DNA of 24,000 bases from Acidianus infernus. GTDB lineage: Archaea; Thermoproteota; Thermoprotei_A; Sulfolobales; Sulfolobaceae. Where the stretch lies: positions 240,666-264,665 of the forward strand of contig NZ_WFIY01000004.1 in NCBI RefSeq assembly GCF_009729545.1. The letters are read 5' to 3'. Positions 1-9,741 of the stretch are shown piece after piece; positions within the stretch are counted from its first letter, which is position 1; each line of letters starts with the position of its first letter. The position numbers and the translations under genes were made by a program. The notes beneath the pieces are model-generated. The model was not told the DNA's origin, did not search any database, and saw only the letters and a list, made by a program, of their open reading frames with translations.

Positions 1-2
1 GT

Positions 3-857
3 GGAGACGTAGTTCCTAATATTTATAAACCCAAATTTGAATGGAAAATAAAATATTATATAAAAAATTTTGCATTTTATTTAGATGGAGAAAGAATATA
101 TGATGTTAGTTATAGGAATCCAAAGTGGATTGTAATAGACAAGTCAGGATGGATAAATTCAATGCGGAAAAATGTAAACCAAGTAATTTCTACAAATGTA
201 GATAAGTCAAAGTTCGACTTAATAATAGACGCAAAAGGTCCATATGACATGGATAGGCAAGTAGTTTATACTACTAGAGCATTAATTGAGACTAACGAAT
301 TTAGTGATGAGGCAGTACTGGAGTTTAATACAAAATTTACTGGATTTTTCTGGATATTTCCTGATGAGGAAGGAGTTTTGAACGTAGGAGCAGGTTTTAT
401 AGAAAACAAAAATTCTAAAGACATTCTCCTAAATTACATTAAGAATAAATTTAAGGATTACAAAATATTAGATTTGAGAGGGGCGCCAATATCAATAGGC
501 GGTGTTAAATCTAAGTCCTTAAAAATTGGAGAAGCTAGAGGCTTAGTTTTTCCTATGAGCGGAGAAGGAATAAGACCCTCTGCAATTTCTGCAGAAATAG
601 CATATGAAGCAATAACAAAAGGGAGGAATTTTGATGAATACTTATCTTATAACTTGACTAAAATTGAGAGAAGGATTGAAATACAGAGGAGGTTATTAGA
701 CGTGTATATGAGGTCTAATATTAATGCTAGAAAGTTTTTGCTAAAAATTTTCTTAAGAAATGACGTATTAATAGATGCGTTCCTTGAGGATAAATTAGAT
801 TTTGAAGGAATTTTAGAATCAGCTAGGGGTATAAAATATGGTTCAATTATACGTTGA
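3..857 (+). CDS. Geranylgeranyl reductase family FAD-dependent oxidoreductase (C-terminal part; 5' end lies outside the window)
   Basis: The frame of the 162..857 ORF stays open back to base 3 ([14 protein letters not shown]...), so the gene is truncated by the window edge. The motif [25 protein letters not shown] matches the conserved xxP.tGeGI..A..sG segment of GGR/FixC-like flavoproteins. Confidence 0.7.
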   Translation, partial: GDVVPNIYKPKFEWKIKYYIKNFAFYLDGERIYDVSYRNPKWIVIDKSGWINSMRKNVNQVISTNVDKSKFDLIIDAKGPYDMDRQVVYTTRALIETNEFSDEAVLEFNTKFTGFFWIFPDEEGVLNVGAGFIENKNSKDILLNYIKNKFKDYKILDLRGAPISIGGVKSKSLKIGEARGLVFPMSGEGIRPSAISAEIAYEAITKGRNFDEYLSYNLTKIERRIEIQRRLLDVYMRSNINARKFLLKIFLRNDVLIDAFLEDKLDFEGILESARGIKYGSIIR

Positions 858-1218
858 AAACTCAAAAAGTAAGTCTGGAAAACATGCTATAAGAACTTTA
901 TTATATAAAGTAGTAGACGGTAAACTTATTGAAGTAAAGGATGAAGGAAACAAAGTTTCTCCAACTTATAAGGTAGGTGAGGCAAAGGTTATTAATATTA
1001 GCGATAATGGAACTTATATTTATGTTAAGTTGGTTAAAAATATTTATAACAAAATTATTGGAGAAATATTAGTTATAGATAATAATTCGATTGTATTAAA
1101 GCTCAAATATAGGAAGTTAAAAATAAAGAAAATAGAAGGAGACGAAAAATACTTTGATAAAGTAAAGGAATTATTTGAAAAGTTAAAGATTCCTATAAAA
1201 AGAGCAAACTTAAAGTGA
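838..1218 (+). CDS. Hypothetical protein (126 aa, Lys-rich, beta-rich)
   Basis: ATG ORF overlapping the upstream stop by 20 nt, on the same strand and operon-like. No recognisable motif. Confidence 0.5.
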   Translation: MVQLYVENSKSKSGKHAIRTLLYKVVDGKLIEVKDEGNKVSPTYKVGEAKVINISDNGTYIYVKLVKNIYNKIIGEILVIDNNSIVLKLKYRKLKIKKIEGDEKYFDKVKELFEKLKIPIKRANLK

Positions 1219-1224
1219 TAAAAA

Positions 1225-1533
1225 TTGTTTAGCGTAAAACTTTTAGTACTAGAAGATCCAGGCAGGTTAAGAGACGTCTTCTATAGCATGGAAGGAATTC
1301 TAACTAATATTTGCAAGCCAATACGCCTTGGGGCTTCATATATATGTTCTGTCTCAAAAAATACGCTAATTAGTGTTTATCTTAGCGGCAATTTGAAAAA
1401 TTTTCAGCTTCTAATAGAGATAGAAAGTGAAGACGCCGAAGAACTTACGACAACTTTAGATAGAATTATTAACGAATTAAAGAGTAAAGGAATTCATATT
1501 ACATTATTTAATACTTCTACGACTTCCTTGTAG
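1225..1533 (+). CDS. Hypothetical protein (102 aa, TTG start)
   Basis: ORF starts 6 nt after the previous stop. The sequence looks like a small alpha/beta domain (KLLVLEDPGRLRDV...LLIEIESEDAEELTTTLDRIINELKSKG). Its 3' end overlaps the convergent ORF by 40 nt. Confidence 0.45.
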   Translation: MFSVKLLVLEDPGRLRDVFYSMEGILTNICKPIRLGASYICSVSKNTLISVYLSGNLKNFQLLIEIESEDAEELTTTLDRIINELKSKGIHITLFNTSTTSL

Positions 1534-1808
1534 ACCTCTTTTACCTTATTTTCATCATATTCGCTAATACTGCCTTTAAGTTCAGCAATTACATAACAAA
1601 TAAATAACTTATTATTAATTTTACATATTCCTTTTTTAAGTATATTACCATATTTAAACGGAATATTTATATCTATGAATTGTATTTTACTCGTAGTTAA
1701 CGTAACATTGGTCTTATCTAGCTTTATTTGCACATCCATAATTATAAACAGAGAAGAATTATCTTGAAGAAGAGTTACTTGATTCCCGTTAAAAAAATAC
1801 TTTATCAT
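1494..1808 (-). CDS. Hypothetical protein (104 aa), translationally coupled to the upstream zinc-ribbon gene
   Basis: Its ATG overlaps the stop of the 1805..2023 ORF by 4 nt. No recognisable motif. Confidence 0.5.
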   Translation of the reverse strand: MIKYFFNGNQVTLLQDNSSLFIIMDVQIKLDKTNVTLTTSKIQFIDINIPFKYGNILKKGICKINNKLFICYVIAELKGSISEYDENKVKEVYKEVVEVLNNVI

Positions 1809-2023
1809 ATTACTGGAACCAGCTCGCTACCGCAATATGGGCATTTGCCCTTTAATCCTCTCTTGTCTGCTTCACAGAAGTATGCTTTATACTTCTTTTC
1901 GCACTTTGGGCACTTGTATACTACATCGACGCCTATAGTAAGTTTTCTATTGCATATCTTACAGTATACTTGAAACCATCCTAAATGTCCATAAGCGTTA
2001 GTCCCTCTTATTTTGACACTCAT
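1805..2023 (-). CDS. Small zinc-ribbon protein (72 aa)
   Basis: Three CxxC pairs (CKIC, CPKC, CPYC) plus one extra Cys. This is typical archaeal zinc-ribbon architecture. Confidence 0.65.
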   Translation of the reverse strand: MSVKIRGTNAYGHLGWFQVYCKICNRKLTIGVDVVYKCPKCEKKYKAYFCEADKRGLKGKCPYCGSELVPVI

Positions 2024-2132
2024 GATCTCTCCTTAAGTTCTACCCAGTATTGTATATATAATTTTCTGCAAAGGTTTTACCATCAACTTCAAACTAGGAT
2101 TTAATATTTTGAGTGATAAAATATAGTCGACT

Positions 2133-2648
2133 ATGAAAGCTACAGTGGAGTATTATAAGCCAGAGATCATTAATATTAACAATTTTTCCCTAGTAAGTAT
2201 TAAGAAATATAATGAAGAAGAGGTTGACTACTCAGAAAATCTGGAATCTAAAACCATCAATGGCGAAGTTATAATAGTAAAATATAAAGAAGGAGAGATT
2301 ATTAATGCTAGCGTAGATTGTAAGTATAAATTTCCATTTCCTGTAAAAATATTTAGAATAGGCATACCTAGGGAATTTAATAATGAAAATGTAAAGTTAG
2401 ATTACATTAATGTTGCAGTGGACTCATTGATCATAGGCTTAAATTTTGATCTCAAGGATTACCCGTTTATAATCTTAGATACTAGTAATGGAGCTAAGAT
2501 TATTTCTTCTTCTGACATAAATGAGGTTAAACCTACAATAGTTAAGAATAAGAAGAAAAAGAAAAGTAAGAAAGCAAAGAAGAAAAAGAATGCTAAGAAA
2601 TCTAGTAAAAAACGTAAAGTTAAGAGCAAAAGTACTAGAAAGGGCTGA
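2133..2648 (+). CDS. Hypothetical protein with a C-terminal poly-lysine tail
   Basis: 171-aa ORF. The last 34 residues ([34 protein letters not shown]) contain 20 Lys and 2 Arg. The N-terminal ~135 aa are beta-rich with no motif I recognise. Confidence 0.6.
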   Translation: MKATVEYYKPEIININNFSLVSIKKYNEEEVDYSENLESKTINGEVIIVKYKEGEIINASVDCKYKFPFPVKIFRIGIPREFNNENVKLDYINVAVDSLIIGLNFDLKDYPFIILDTSNGAKIISSSDINEVKPTIVKNKKKKKSKKAKKKKNAKKSSKKRKVKSKSTRKG

Positions 2649-3204
2649 AGAATTTAAACTTAATAATAAAGCAGGAGAAGACGTATGGTTTAGAGAATTA
2701 GTATTATGCATATTAACTTCTAATTCCTCATTTATTAGCGCATATATAGCGTTAAATAATTTATACGATAAATTATTTTCTTTAGACGAGGACGGGATCT
2801 CGAAAAATCTTAAAAATTCAGGATACAGATTTTATAATTTAAAAGCTAAATATTTATTTAATGTGAGAAAGTATTATGGTATGCTAAAAGCTTGGATTTA
2901 TCCTATAGCGAATAAGGATGAATATGAAGCTAGAGAAGAACTTCTTCAAATTGACGGAATAGGAATGAAAGAAGCCAGTCATTTCCTGAGAAATGTAGGT
3001 TACTTTGATTTAGCAATACTAGATAGACATATATTAAAATTTTTATCTTCTTATTATTTTTCTTACAATAAGAAGTATTTACAAAAAAAGGATTACATTT
3101 ATATAGAGTCTGTTTTGAAAAGCATTTCAATTTCTTTAAATTTACCAGTTGGTTTACTTGACTTGTTTATATGGTATAAGGCGACTAATAAGTTAGTAAA
3201 ATGA
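2590..3204 (+). CDS. ogg: N-glycosylase/DNA lyase, archaeal Ogg2-type 8-oxoguanine DNA glycosylase (HhH-GPD superfamily)
   Basis: [15 protein letters not shown], the helix-hairpin-helix [32 protein letters not shown] with the catalytic-Lys context, and the C-terminal LDLFIWY all resemble the MjOgg/SsoOgg family. The length of 204 aa also matches. Confidence 0.85.
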   Translation: MLRNLVKNVKLRAKVLERAEEFKLNNKAGEDVWFRELVLCILTSNSSFISAYIALNNLYDKLFSLDEDGISKNLKNSGYRFYNLKAKYLFNVRKYYGMLKAWIYPIANKDEYEAREELLQIDGIGMKEASHFLRNVGYFDLAILDRHILKFLSSYYFSYNKKYLQKKDYIYIESVLKSISISLNLPVGLLDLFIWYKATNKLVK

Positions 3205-3249
3205 ATAAAAATATATAAACCAGAGATTTCTCATATATATGAGCTAAAA

Positions 3250-3345
3250 ATGATAACCTTAGCAGACTTCAAAATTGTTCAAGAAAGTTTAATTTTCTCC
3301 TTCTATGATACTGCTTCTTCTTATGTTTTTTCATCATCATGGTAA
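3250..3345 (+). CDS. Candidate 31-aa upstream mini-ORF (MITLADFKIVQESLIFSFYDTASSYVFSSSW), speculative
   Basis: ATG..TAA ORF below the ORF-track length cutoff. It lies between a TATA-like element (3205-3220) and the SD-led serA start. 7 of its 31 codons are Ser, including 5 of the last 9. Confidence 0.2.
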   Translation: MITLADFKIVQESLIFSFYDTASSYVFSSSW

Positions 3346-3377
3346 GTAATAGATAACTTCTTGTAACGGTGATAAAA

Positions 3378-4352
3378 ATGGAGCAGACAACTATACGAAC
3401 CAATTCTCTAAATAAAGAAAATCTAAATATATTAATAACTGATCCTGTAGCGGATGTAATGCTGAATACTCTAAAAGAGAAAGGCTTTCATGTAGACTAT
3501 CAACCGGAGATTTCTAAGGAAGAATTAATGAAGGTAATTGAGAACTATGATATAATAGTAGTAAGGAGTAGAACTAAGGTAACTAGAGATATTATAGAAA
3601 GAGGAAAGAGGCTTAAGATAATAGCAAGAGCAGGAATAGGATTAGATAATATCGATACTGATGCCGCAGAAGAAAGAGGAATAAAGATAGTTTATGCACC
3701 AGGAGCATCTACAGATTCTGCAGTAGAGCTAACAATAGGTCTTATGATAGCAGGAGCAAGGAAAATGTATACTTCTATGACATTAGCTAAGAGCGGAATA
3801 TTTAAGAAAATAGAGGGGTTAGAATTAGCTGGGAAAACTCTAGGAATAATAGGGTTTGGAAGAATTGGTACTAAAGTCGGAATAATTGCAAAAGCTATGG
3901 GAATGAGAGTATTAGCATATGATATAATGGATATAAAAGATAGGGCAACACAATTAGGAATAATTCCAGTAACCCTAGAAGAATTATTGAAACAGTCTGA
4001 TGTAATTTCTCTCCATGTAACAGTAGGTAAAAATGCTAAACCAATTCTTGACGAGAAGGCGTTTGAAATTATGAAGGATAACGTAATTATAGTAAACACT
4101 AGCAGGGCAGTAGCAGTAGATGGCCAAGCTCTGTTAAAATATATAAAAAGCGGTAAGGTTTATGCATACGCTGCTGACGTATTGTGGAATGAGCCTCCTA
4201 AAGAAGAATGGGAATTAGAACTTTTAAAGCATGAAAGAGTTACAATAACTACGCACATAGGTGCACAAACAAAAGAAGCGCAATATAGAGTTGCGGTCAC
4301 TACTACCGAGAATTTACTTAATGCTATAAAGGAATTAGGTGTTCAATTTTGA
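3378..4352 (+). CDS. serA: D-3-phosphoglycerate dehydrogenase / D-isomer-specific 2-hydroxyacid dehydrogenase
   Basis: NAD-binding GxGxxG ([13 protein letters not shown]), the catalytic region with [10 protein letters not shown]...HIGAQT, and typical length. I prefer ATG 3378, which is preceded by GGTGA at 3368-3372, over the GTG at 3369. Confidence 0.85.
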   Translation: MEQTTIRTNSLNKENLNILITDPVADVMLNTLKEKGFHVDYQPEISKEELMKVIENYDIIVVRSRTKVTRDIIERGKRLKIIARAGIGLDNIDTDAAEERGIKIVYAPGASTDSAVELTIGLMIAGARKMYTSMTLAKSGIFKKIEGLELAGKTLGIIGFGRIGTKVGIIAKAMGMRVLAYDIMDIKDRATQLGIIPVTLEELLKQSDVISLHVTVGKNAKPILDEKAFEIMKDNVIIVNTSRAVAVDGQALLKYIKSGKVYAYAADVLWNEPPKEEWELELLKHERVTITTHIGAQTKEAQYRVAVTTTENLLNAIKELGVQF

Positions 4353-5467
4353 TTTTAATACCCGGTCCAGTTAATGTGCCTCAAAGCGTCTCTTTTGCAG
4401 CAACCAAGGTTGTCAACCATAGGTCCGATGAATTTAGAGAAGTAGTAAAGTCCTTAGAAGAAAAGATGATAAAACATTTTGACTCCAGCAGAGTTGCGTT
4501 ACTTACGGGCTCAGGAACTTTAGCTGTAGAATCTATGGTCTTCTCAGTATTAAGAAGAGGAGAGAAAGTAATAGTATTTACCTATGGAGAGTTTAGTAAT
4601 AGGCTATTAGATTCTATAAATAGGAGGGGATGTATAACAAAGGTTTATTCTAAACCTGCAGGAGAGGGATTTTCGTTAGAGGATGTAAAAGTGGCTTTAG
4701 ATGAAAATAAAGATGCTGATGCAGTGGCATTAGTACATAATGAGACTAGCACTGGAATAGCGTTTAGAAACTTAGGAGAAGTTGCTAAATTAGTTAAAAA
4801 TTCAGGAAAGAAGCTTGTAGTCGATTCTGTTTCTGGCTTTGCCGCATATGAGATAGACGTTAATAAATGGCATATTGATGCTATTGCAACTGGTAGTCAA
4901 AAGGCATTAGCTTCAATACCAGGAATGGGGTTCGTCGCATTATCTGAGGAAGGAGTAAACGAACTTCATGGCGATGATATGCCAAACTACCTTAACTTGA
5001 GATTAGCATTAAAATTCCAAGATAAGCACGAAACTCCATTCACTCCGTCTACTGGAGCTTTCTTTGCTTCATTAAGGGCTGCAGAAATTCTAGAAATGGA
5101 AGGATTAGAAAATAGAATAAAAAGACATGAAGCTTGTAGTAGATATCTAAGATCTGTACTATCTAGTATTAACTTTTCGTTATTTGGTAACGAGAGTAAT
5201 TTCTCAAACACTGTAGTTGCAGGAGTTCCTCCTATTCCTTCTAAAACTCTTAGGGAAGAGTTGAAGAAACGTGGAATAGAAATAAGCGGAGGAATGGGAG
5301 AATTAAAGGATAAAATAATTAGGGTAGGTATATTAGGAGTCGTAGATGATAGAGCTATATCTAGATTATTGCTATCGCTTTCTGACGTATTAAAACAAGA
5401 TATTGAGATTAAACCGCCAGCAGATTGTAAACTTCCAGAATTCTTAAGGCAAGAGGTTATATGGTAA
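4349..5467 (+). CDS. Class V pyridoxal-phosphate aminotransferase (serine-pyruvate / phosphoserine aminotransferase-like)
   Basis: N-terminal [21 protein letters not shown] and the PLP-lysine motif TGSQKAL. The TTG start overlaps the serA stop by 4 nt, with AGGTG 7 nt upstream. Confidence 0.85.
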   Translation: MILIPGPVNVPQSVSFAATKVVNHRSDEFREVVKSLEEKMIKHFDSSRVALLTGSGTLAVESMVFSVLRRGEKVIVFTYGEFSNRLLDSINRRGCITKVYSKPAGEGFSLEDVKVALDENKDADAVALVHNETSTGIAFRNLGEVAKLVKNSGKKLVVDSVSGFAAYEIDVNKWHIDAIATGSQKALASIPGMGFVALSEEGVNELHGDDMPNYLNLRLALKFQDKHETPFTPSTGAFFASLRAAEILEMEGLENRIKRHEACSRYLRSVLSSINFSLFGNESNFSNTVVAGVPPIPSKTLREELKKRGIEISGGMGELKDKIIRVGILGVVDDRAISRLLLSLSDVLKQDIEIKPPADCKLPEFLRQEVIW

Positions 5468-5503
5468 GGTAAATTTATTTTCCTAGATTAATATGTACTT
5501 AAG

Positions 5504-5791
5504 ATGTCTGAATTAGAAATCGTCAATAAGCTGAATGTTGCTTATATAGAATCTTGGAAGAAGAGATTAACAATTTATGAAATTGCAAGAATAGTTAGTG
5601 CAAGAGCTTTACAGCTAGCTATGGGCGCAGTACCATTAATAGATATATCTGGATTTAAACCTGAGCAATTAAACTCCATATCTATTGCTGAAGAGGAGCT
5701 AAAAAGAGGAGCTTTACCTATAACAATTAGGAGAAGATTTCCTAATGGTAAAGTAGAATTAATTTCCGTTAAGGAAATTTTAGGGGGTTAA
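5504..5791 (+). CDS. rpoK: DNA-directed RNA polymerase subunit K (Rpo6, RPB6/omega family)
   Basis: [22 protein letters not shown] and [12 protein letters not shown] are hallmark RPB6/RpoK motifs. 95 aa. Confidence 0.9.
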   Translation: MSELEIVNKLNVAYIESWKKRLTIYEIARIVSARALQLAMGAVPLIDISGFKPEQLNSISIAEEELKRGALPITIRRRFPNGKVELISVKEILGG

Positions 5792-5797
5792 ATATAT
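5788..5797 (+). promoter_or_regulatory. Candidate TATA box (TTAAATATAT) for the topoisomerase III gene
   Basis: An A/T element overlapping the rpoK stop codon. An archaeal TSS about 24-27 nt downstream would fall near 5818-5824, exactly where the topoisomerase homology begins. Confidence 0.4.
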
Positions 5798-5820
5798 CCT
5801 GTAGTCCGAGAAATTATACG

Positions 5821-7770
5821 TTAATTATAGCTGAAAAACCTAAGGCAGCTAGAAAGATAGTAGACGCTTTTTCTTCAAAATTCATAACTTGTAAGTCTAA
5901 CTCTGTATTATATTGGGTGATTCCTAGTAGGAATATAGTAATAGCTTCAGCTGTTGGCCACTTGTTTAATCTAACTGGGCCCTCTGGATTCCCAATATTT
6001 GAGGTTGAGTGGAAACCACTATGGGAGATAGACAAGAAATCCTACTATACTAGGAAATATTTGATTTTGCTCCAAAGATTATGTAAATATGCTAAAGAAT
6101 ATATAAACGCATGTGACTATGATATAGAAGGCTCAGTAATTGGTTATATGATAATTAAAAATTTTGGCGATTTAAAAAAAGCTAAAAGAATGAAATTCTC
6201 GTCGTTAACTAAGGAAGAGTTAATTAAATCTTTTAATAATTTACAGCCATTGGATTATAACATGGTTAATGCTGGAATTGCTAGGCATGTAGTCGATTGG
6301 CTTTGGGGTATAAATGTTAGTAGGGCTTTAATGAGTGCGGTAAAAGATGTATCAAATAAAAGTGTAATATTGAGCGCTGGAAGAGTACAGAGCCCTACGT
6401 TAATAGAAGTTGTTAAAAGGCATCTTGATAGAGAAACTTTCGTCCCTTTACCTTATTTTAAAATAGAACTAAAAATAAGGCTTGGAAATATAATAAATAC
6501 AGTATATCTAGATCAAGAGTTTCATAATATTGATGACGTAGAGTCTTTAATAACTAGGTTAAAGAAAGATAAGCTAATAATAGATAAAAATATTTTAAAT
6601 AAAGATAAAATAGCTAGACCTCCTCCTTTCAATTTAGGAGATTTACAATTAGAAGCAGGAAGGCTATTTGGGTTGTCTCCTTATAGAACTGAGAGAATAG
6701 GAGAAGAGCTTTATCTAGACGGGGTAATAAGCTATCCAAGGACTAATAGTCAGAAGATACCACCCACTGTTAATATTAATGACATTGTAGCAGGATTATC
6801 TCAAAGATTCGGAAAGCTAGTGGATGAATTAAACCTTATGACTAAAGGGAAATTTATAGTTAGGCAAGGTAACAAAGATGACCCAGCTCATCCTGCAATT
6901 TACCCTACAGGGATTATTCCTAAAAAACTAGGTAAACAAGAAAGTGAAGTTTATGAGCTTATTGTTAGGAGATTTTTAGCATCTATTTCTAGAGATGCGG
7001 AAGTCACAAAGCAAAGAATTATTCTAAAATTTGAGAAAGAAAAATTAAAGTTGCAATTAGATTTTCAAAAGATAACCTATGAGGGTTGGTTAAAGATTTA
7101 TCCTTATCACAGATTTGAGAACGAAGAGCTCGTAAACGTTGAAGAAGGAAGTGAAGTAGAAATAATTTCAATTAAACCAAGGCTTTTATTGACAAAGCCT
7201 TCAACAAGGTTTACCCGGGTTTCTCTACTTAAATGGATGGAAGATGTAAAAATAGGTACTGAAGCAACAAGAGGTAAAATTATAGAAACATTATTCCAGA
7301 GGAAGTATGTAGTAACTAGAGGAAGTTATATCCATCCGACAAAACTTGGCATAATAGTTTCTGAAGTTCTCGAGAAATACTTCAACGAACTAACTAACGT
7401 TAAAATGACAGCAGATATGGAAGATAAGCTAGACGAAATTATTTATGGTAAGAAAAATAAAGATGAAGTAATTAATGAGGTTAAAGATAAAATTTCCAAA
7501 TACTTTGAGAAGTATAATGAGGAAAAGAAAATTATAGGCTTAGAGCTAGCTAAAGGTTTGAATTTAGTTAAATATAATAAATGCAAACTATGTGACTTTG
7601 AGGCTATAAAGGACGGATTATGTAAATATCATTTAATTGCTAAAGAAAAGCTTAATGAAGCAATTAAAATCTGGAAGGATAGAACAGGATATGACATAAA
7701 GACGATTTTAAAATACATTAGGGGAAGTAAGTCCACAGGAAAATTAATAAGCGATTTGATGTCTATTTAA
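5821..7770 (+). CDS. topA: Type IA DNA topoisomerase (topoisomerase III); the start codon is unresolved and non-canonical
   Basis: In-frame translation from 5821 gives [17 protein letters not shown]...[12 protein letters not shown]. This aligns with the type IA N-terminus (E. coli TopB MRLFIAEKPSLARAIADVL...CIGHLLE). Further support comes from [10 protein letters not shown], the catalytic-Tyr region ISYPRTNSQ and a C-terminal Cys/His cluster. The ORF-track start at GTG 5917 would delete the TOPRIM glutamate. Confidence 0.9.
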   Translation, partial: LIIAEKPKAARKIVDAFSSKFITCKSNSVLYWVIPSRNIVIASAVGHLFNLTGPSGFPIFEVEWKPLWEIDKKSYYTRKYLILLQRLCKYAKEYINACDYDIEGSVIGYMIIKNFGDLKKAKRMKFSSLTKEELIKSFNNLQPLDYNMVNAGIARHVVDWLWGINVSRALMSAVKDVSNKSVILSAGRVQSPTLIEVVKRHLDRETFVPLPYFKIELKIRLGNIINTVYLDQEFHNIDDVESLITRLKKDKLIIDKNILNKDKIARPPPFNLGDLQLEAGRLFGLSPYRTERIGEELYLDGVISYPRTNSQKIPPTVNINDIVAGLSQRFGKLVDELNLMTKGKFIVRQGNKDDPAHPAIYPTGIIPKKLGKQESEVYELIVRRFLASISRDAEVTKQRIILKFEKEKLKLQLDFQKITYEGWLKIYPYHRFENEELVNVEEGSEVEIISIKPRLLLTKPSTRFTRVSLLKWMEDVKIGTEATRGKIIETLFQRKYVVTRGSYIHPTKLGIIVSEVLEKYFNELTNVKMTADMEDKLDEIIYGKKNKDEVINEVKDKISKYFEKYNEEKKIIGLELAKGLNLVKYNKCKLCDFEAIKDGLCKYHLIAKEKLNEAIKIWKDRTGYDIKTILKYIRGSKSTGKLISDLMSI

Positions 7771-7772
7771 CT

Positions 7773-7828
7773 TAAATGATGTTAGACATGCCAACTGAGC
7801 GATGAAGTGCACTTGGGGTAGCTGATTA
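7773..7828 (+). ncRNA. Candidate box C/D sRNA (2'-O-methylation guide)
   Basis: C box AUGAUGU (7776-7782), an exactly 12-nt spacer UAGACAUGCCAA, D' CUGA (7795-7798), a C'-like GCGAUGA/AUGAAGU (7799-7808) and D box CUGA (7822-7825). Flanking 3-bp terminal stem UAA/UUA. About 56 nt, in the 59-nt gap between the topA and cdvC stops. Confidence 0.5.
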
Positions 7829-7829
7829 T

Positions 7830-8957
7830 TTATAATGCCTTAAACTTTTCAGTCCAAGCTTCATAAGCTTTAATAAGTTCTTGGTTAACGCTTGGCTTTC
7901 TTATCTTTAGCACTTCTTTGAAATCATCCATAGTTATTTCTCTAGGTTCAGATAAGTTCTTCTCAAACATTTCTTTCACAACTCTCATATGAGCAGACTG
8001 TACTATGTCTCTTATATCGCTAGCTGAATAACCTTCAGTAATTTTAGCTAATTCTTGAAGGTCAACATTGCCCAGTTTAACCTTTGATGTATAATACTTG
8101 AATAACGCCAACCTCTGATTAAAATCTGGTAAAGGAACATAAATTCTCTTTTGGAACCTCCTTAAGAAAGGCTCATCTAATCTCCAAGGCTTATTAGTAG
8201 CACCTATAACATAAACCATGTAATTTTCATTTTTATCCATTATTCCGTCCATTTCCTTTAAGAATTGGTTTCTAACTCTAACTTCTCCTCCAACTTCTGA
8301 AGTATATGTTCCAAGTAACGCGTCAATTTCGTCCACAAAAATTATAGCCGGTTTATTATCTTTCTTAGAATATTCTCTCGCAGTATTGAATATTTTTGCC
8401 ACATTCTTTTCTGCTTCTCCTAGCCATTTTGACATTATAGAAGCTGCGTCAACATGAATGAAGTAGGAGTCTATTTCATTAGCTACCGCAGCCGCAAGCA
8501 TTGTTTTTCCGTTACCCGGAGGTCCATATAAGAGGATTCCTCTCGGCCAACCTAATGGGAATAAATCAGGCCTCTTTGAGGGGTATATTATTGCTTCTTT
8601 TAAAGCTTCTTTAACGTCATCTAAGCCTACAATGTCGGAGAATGAAACTTTAGGTTTTTCTTTCATTATTAGTTCATCATCTGTTTTTTGGGAATTATCC
8701 TCTTGAGGAGTTTCCGGCAACATGTTTTCAAGAACGCTTACGCGCTTCTTGTATTCATCAATCATTTGTTCATAAGCTTGCCTTGTCGGAGAATCTGGAT
8801 ATAAAACAACTATTTGAGTTAAAACGTCTATGGCTTTCTTATAGTAAGCGATTGCTTCGTCTCTATTTCCTTCCTTATCAGCTCTTACTGCAGCGATAGC
8901 GTATTTCCTTGCCATTTCTTCTAACATTATGGGAGCGCTCATTTTCTCATGCCTCAA
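7830..8957 (-). CDS. cdvC: Cell division protein CdvC (Vps4-like AAA+ ATPase with N-terminal MIT domain)
   Basis: MIT-like N-terminus ([31 protein letters not shown]), Walker A GPPGNGKT, Walker B IIFVDEID, and second region of homology. It sits immediately downstream of cdvB. Confidence 0.95.
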   Translation of the reverse strand: MRHEKMSAPIMLEEMARKYAIAAVRADKEGNRDEAIAYYKKAIDVLTQIVVLYPDSPTRQAYEQMIDEYKKRVSVLENMLPETPQEDNSQKTDDELIMKEKPKVSFSDIVGLDDVKEALKEAIIYPSKRPDLFPLGWPRGILLYGPPGNGKTMLAAAVANEIDSYFIHVDAASIMSKWLGEAEKNVAKIFNTAREYSKKDNKPAIIFVDEIDALLGTYTSEVGGEVRVRNQFLKEMDGIMDKNENYMVYVIGATNKPWRLDEPFLRRFQKRIYVPLPDFNQRLALFKYYTSKVKLGNVDLQELAKITEGYSASDIRDIVQSAHMRVVKEMFEKNLSEPREITMDDFKEVLKIRKPSVNQELIKAYEAWTEKFKAL

Positions 8958-9723
8958 TACTAATTAGGCCTTTATTTGCCATTTCCTTAAGTAATCCCAT
9001 TACCTCGTCTTTTTCCACTCCATATTTTTTGACTACATATTCTACATCTAGGAAGCCGCCATTACTATTGATATAATTTAAGAGTTCTCTTTCATCCAAC
9101 TTTTTCTTTTCATACTGAAGTTTAACTTGAGTTGTAGAGGGTGGGTGAGGCAAATCTGGTAACATTTCCTTTATTTTAATTTCTGCAGTCCTTTGTGCTT
9201 CTTCCATTATCTTCTTAGCTTGTTCATCTATTGTAGAAGGTAAAACAGTTTTATCGCTCAAAGCTCCAGTCTCTACTGCAATACTATTTACGCTACTTGT
9301 TATCGAATCTAAAGCCAAAGCTACCTCTGGTGCAATTCCTTTTATTTGATCCTTTAATTCACCTAATATTTTAACTACTGGGAATAAAACTAGCGACACG
9401 CCTTGTAATTCTTGAACGGTATCTAGTTTTAATCTTACTTTTTCTATTGCTAAGAATGCTGTATAAATTATTTTAATCATCTTTCTAATATCAGAAATTT
9501 CCTGCGCATAAATTGTAGCTCTCGCAGTATCTCCTTCTATTTGAGCTCTAACCAGCTTTTCAAAAAGCTCTTTATCTCTTTCCTTTAATCTATGCATTCC
9601 CTCTTCTAGCTTGCTTTGTTGATCCTTTAGTTTAATTGATATCTCAGTTAGGAGCTTACCAAGTTGAGCTCTCTTTTTTTTATCACCATTAAAGCGGGAA
9701 AATATGGGTAACTTTTCTAGCAT
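8947..9723 (-). CDS. cdvB: Cell division protein CdvB (ESCRT-III/Snf7-like with C-terminal winged helix)
   Basis: A coiled-coil ESCRT-III-like core followed by a wH-like C-terminus ([41 protein letters not shown]). It lies between cdvA and cdvC and overlaps cdvC by 11 nt. Confidence 0.9.
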   Translation of the reverse strand: MLEKLPIFSRFNGDKKKRAQLGKLLTEISIKLKDQQSKLEEGMHRLKERDKELFEKLVRAQIEGDTARATIYAQEISDIRKMIKIIYTAFLAIEKVRLKLDTVQELQGVSLVLFPVVKILGELKDQIKGIAPEVALALDSITSSVNSIAVETGALSDKTVLPSTIDEQAKKIMEEAQRTAEIKIKEMLPDLPHPPSTTQVKLQYEKKKLDERELLNYINSNGGFLDVEYVVKKYGVEKDEVMGLLKEMANKGLISIEA

Positions 9724-9741
9724 TCTATTTCACTGGCTTGA

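Noticed and set aside
305-364. GUGAUGA ... CUGA pair inside the geranylgeranyl reductase gene, resembling C and D boxes.
   Set aside because: The box spacing (49 nt between them) does not fit the 12-nt guide architecture. There are no internal D'/C' boxes and no terminal stem, and it lies inside conserved coding sequence.
3268-3339. Minus-strand mini-ORF MMMKKHKKKQYHRRRKLNFLEQF and a minus-strand AUGAUGA that could be a C box.
   Set aside because: No CUGA D box follows within a usable distance. The basic peptide is just the antisense reading of the Ser/Phe-rich plus-strand sequence. There is no promoter or SD context.
5771-5830. Possible -1 programmed frameshift fusing rpoK to the topoisomerase frame, which would explain the missing topo III start codon.
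   Set aside because: The A/T/G run (GAA ATT TTA GGG GGT TAA) is not in the X XXY YYZ phase for the rpoK frame. An RpoK-topoisomerase fusion has no precedent. A TATA box positioned for an independent leaderless transcript is a simpler explanation.
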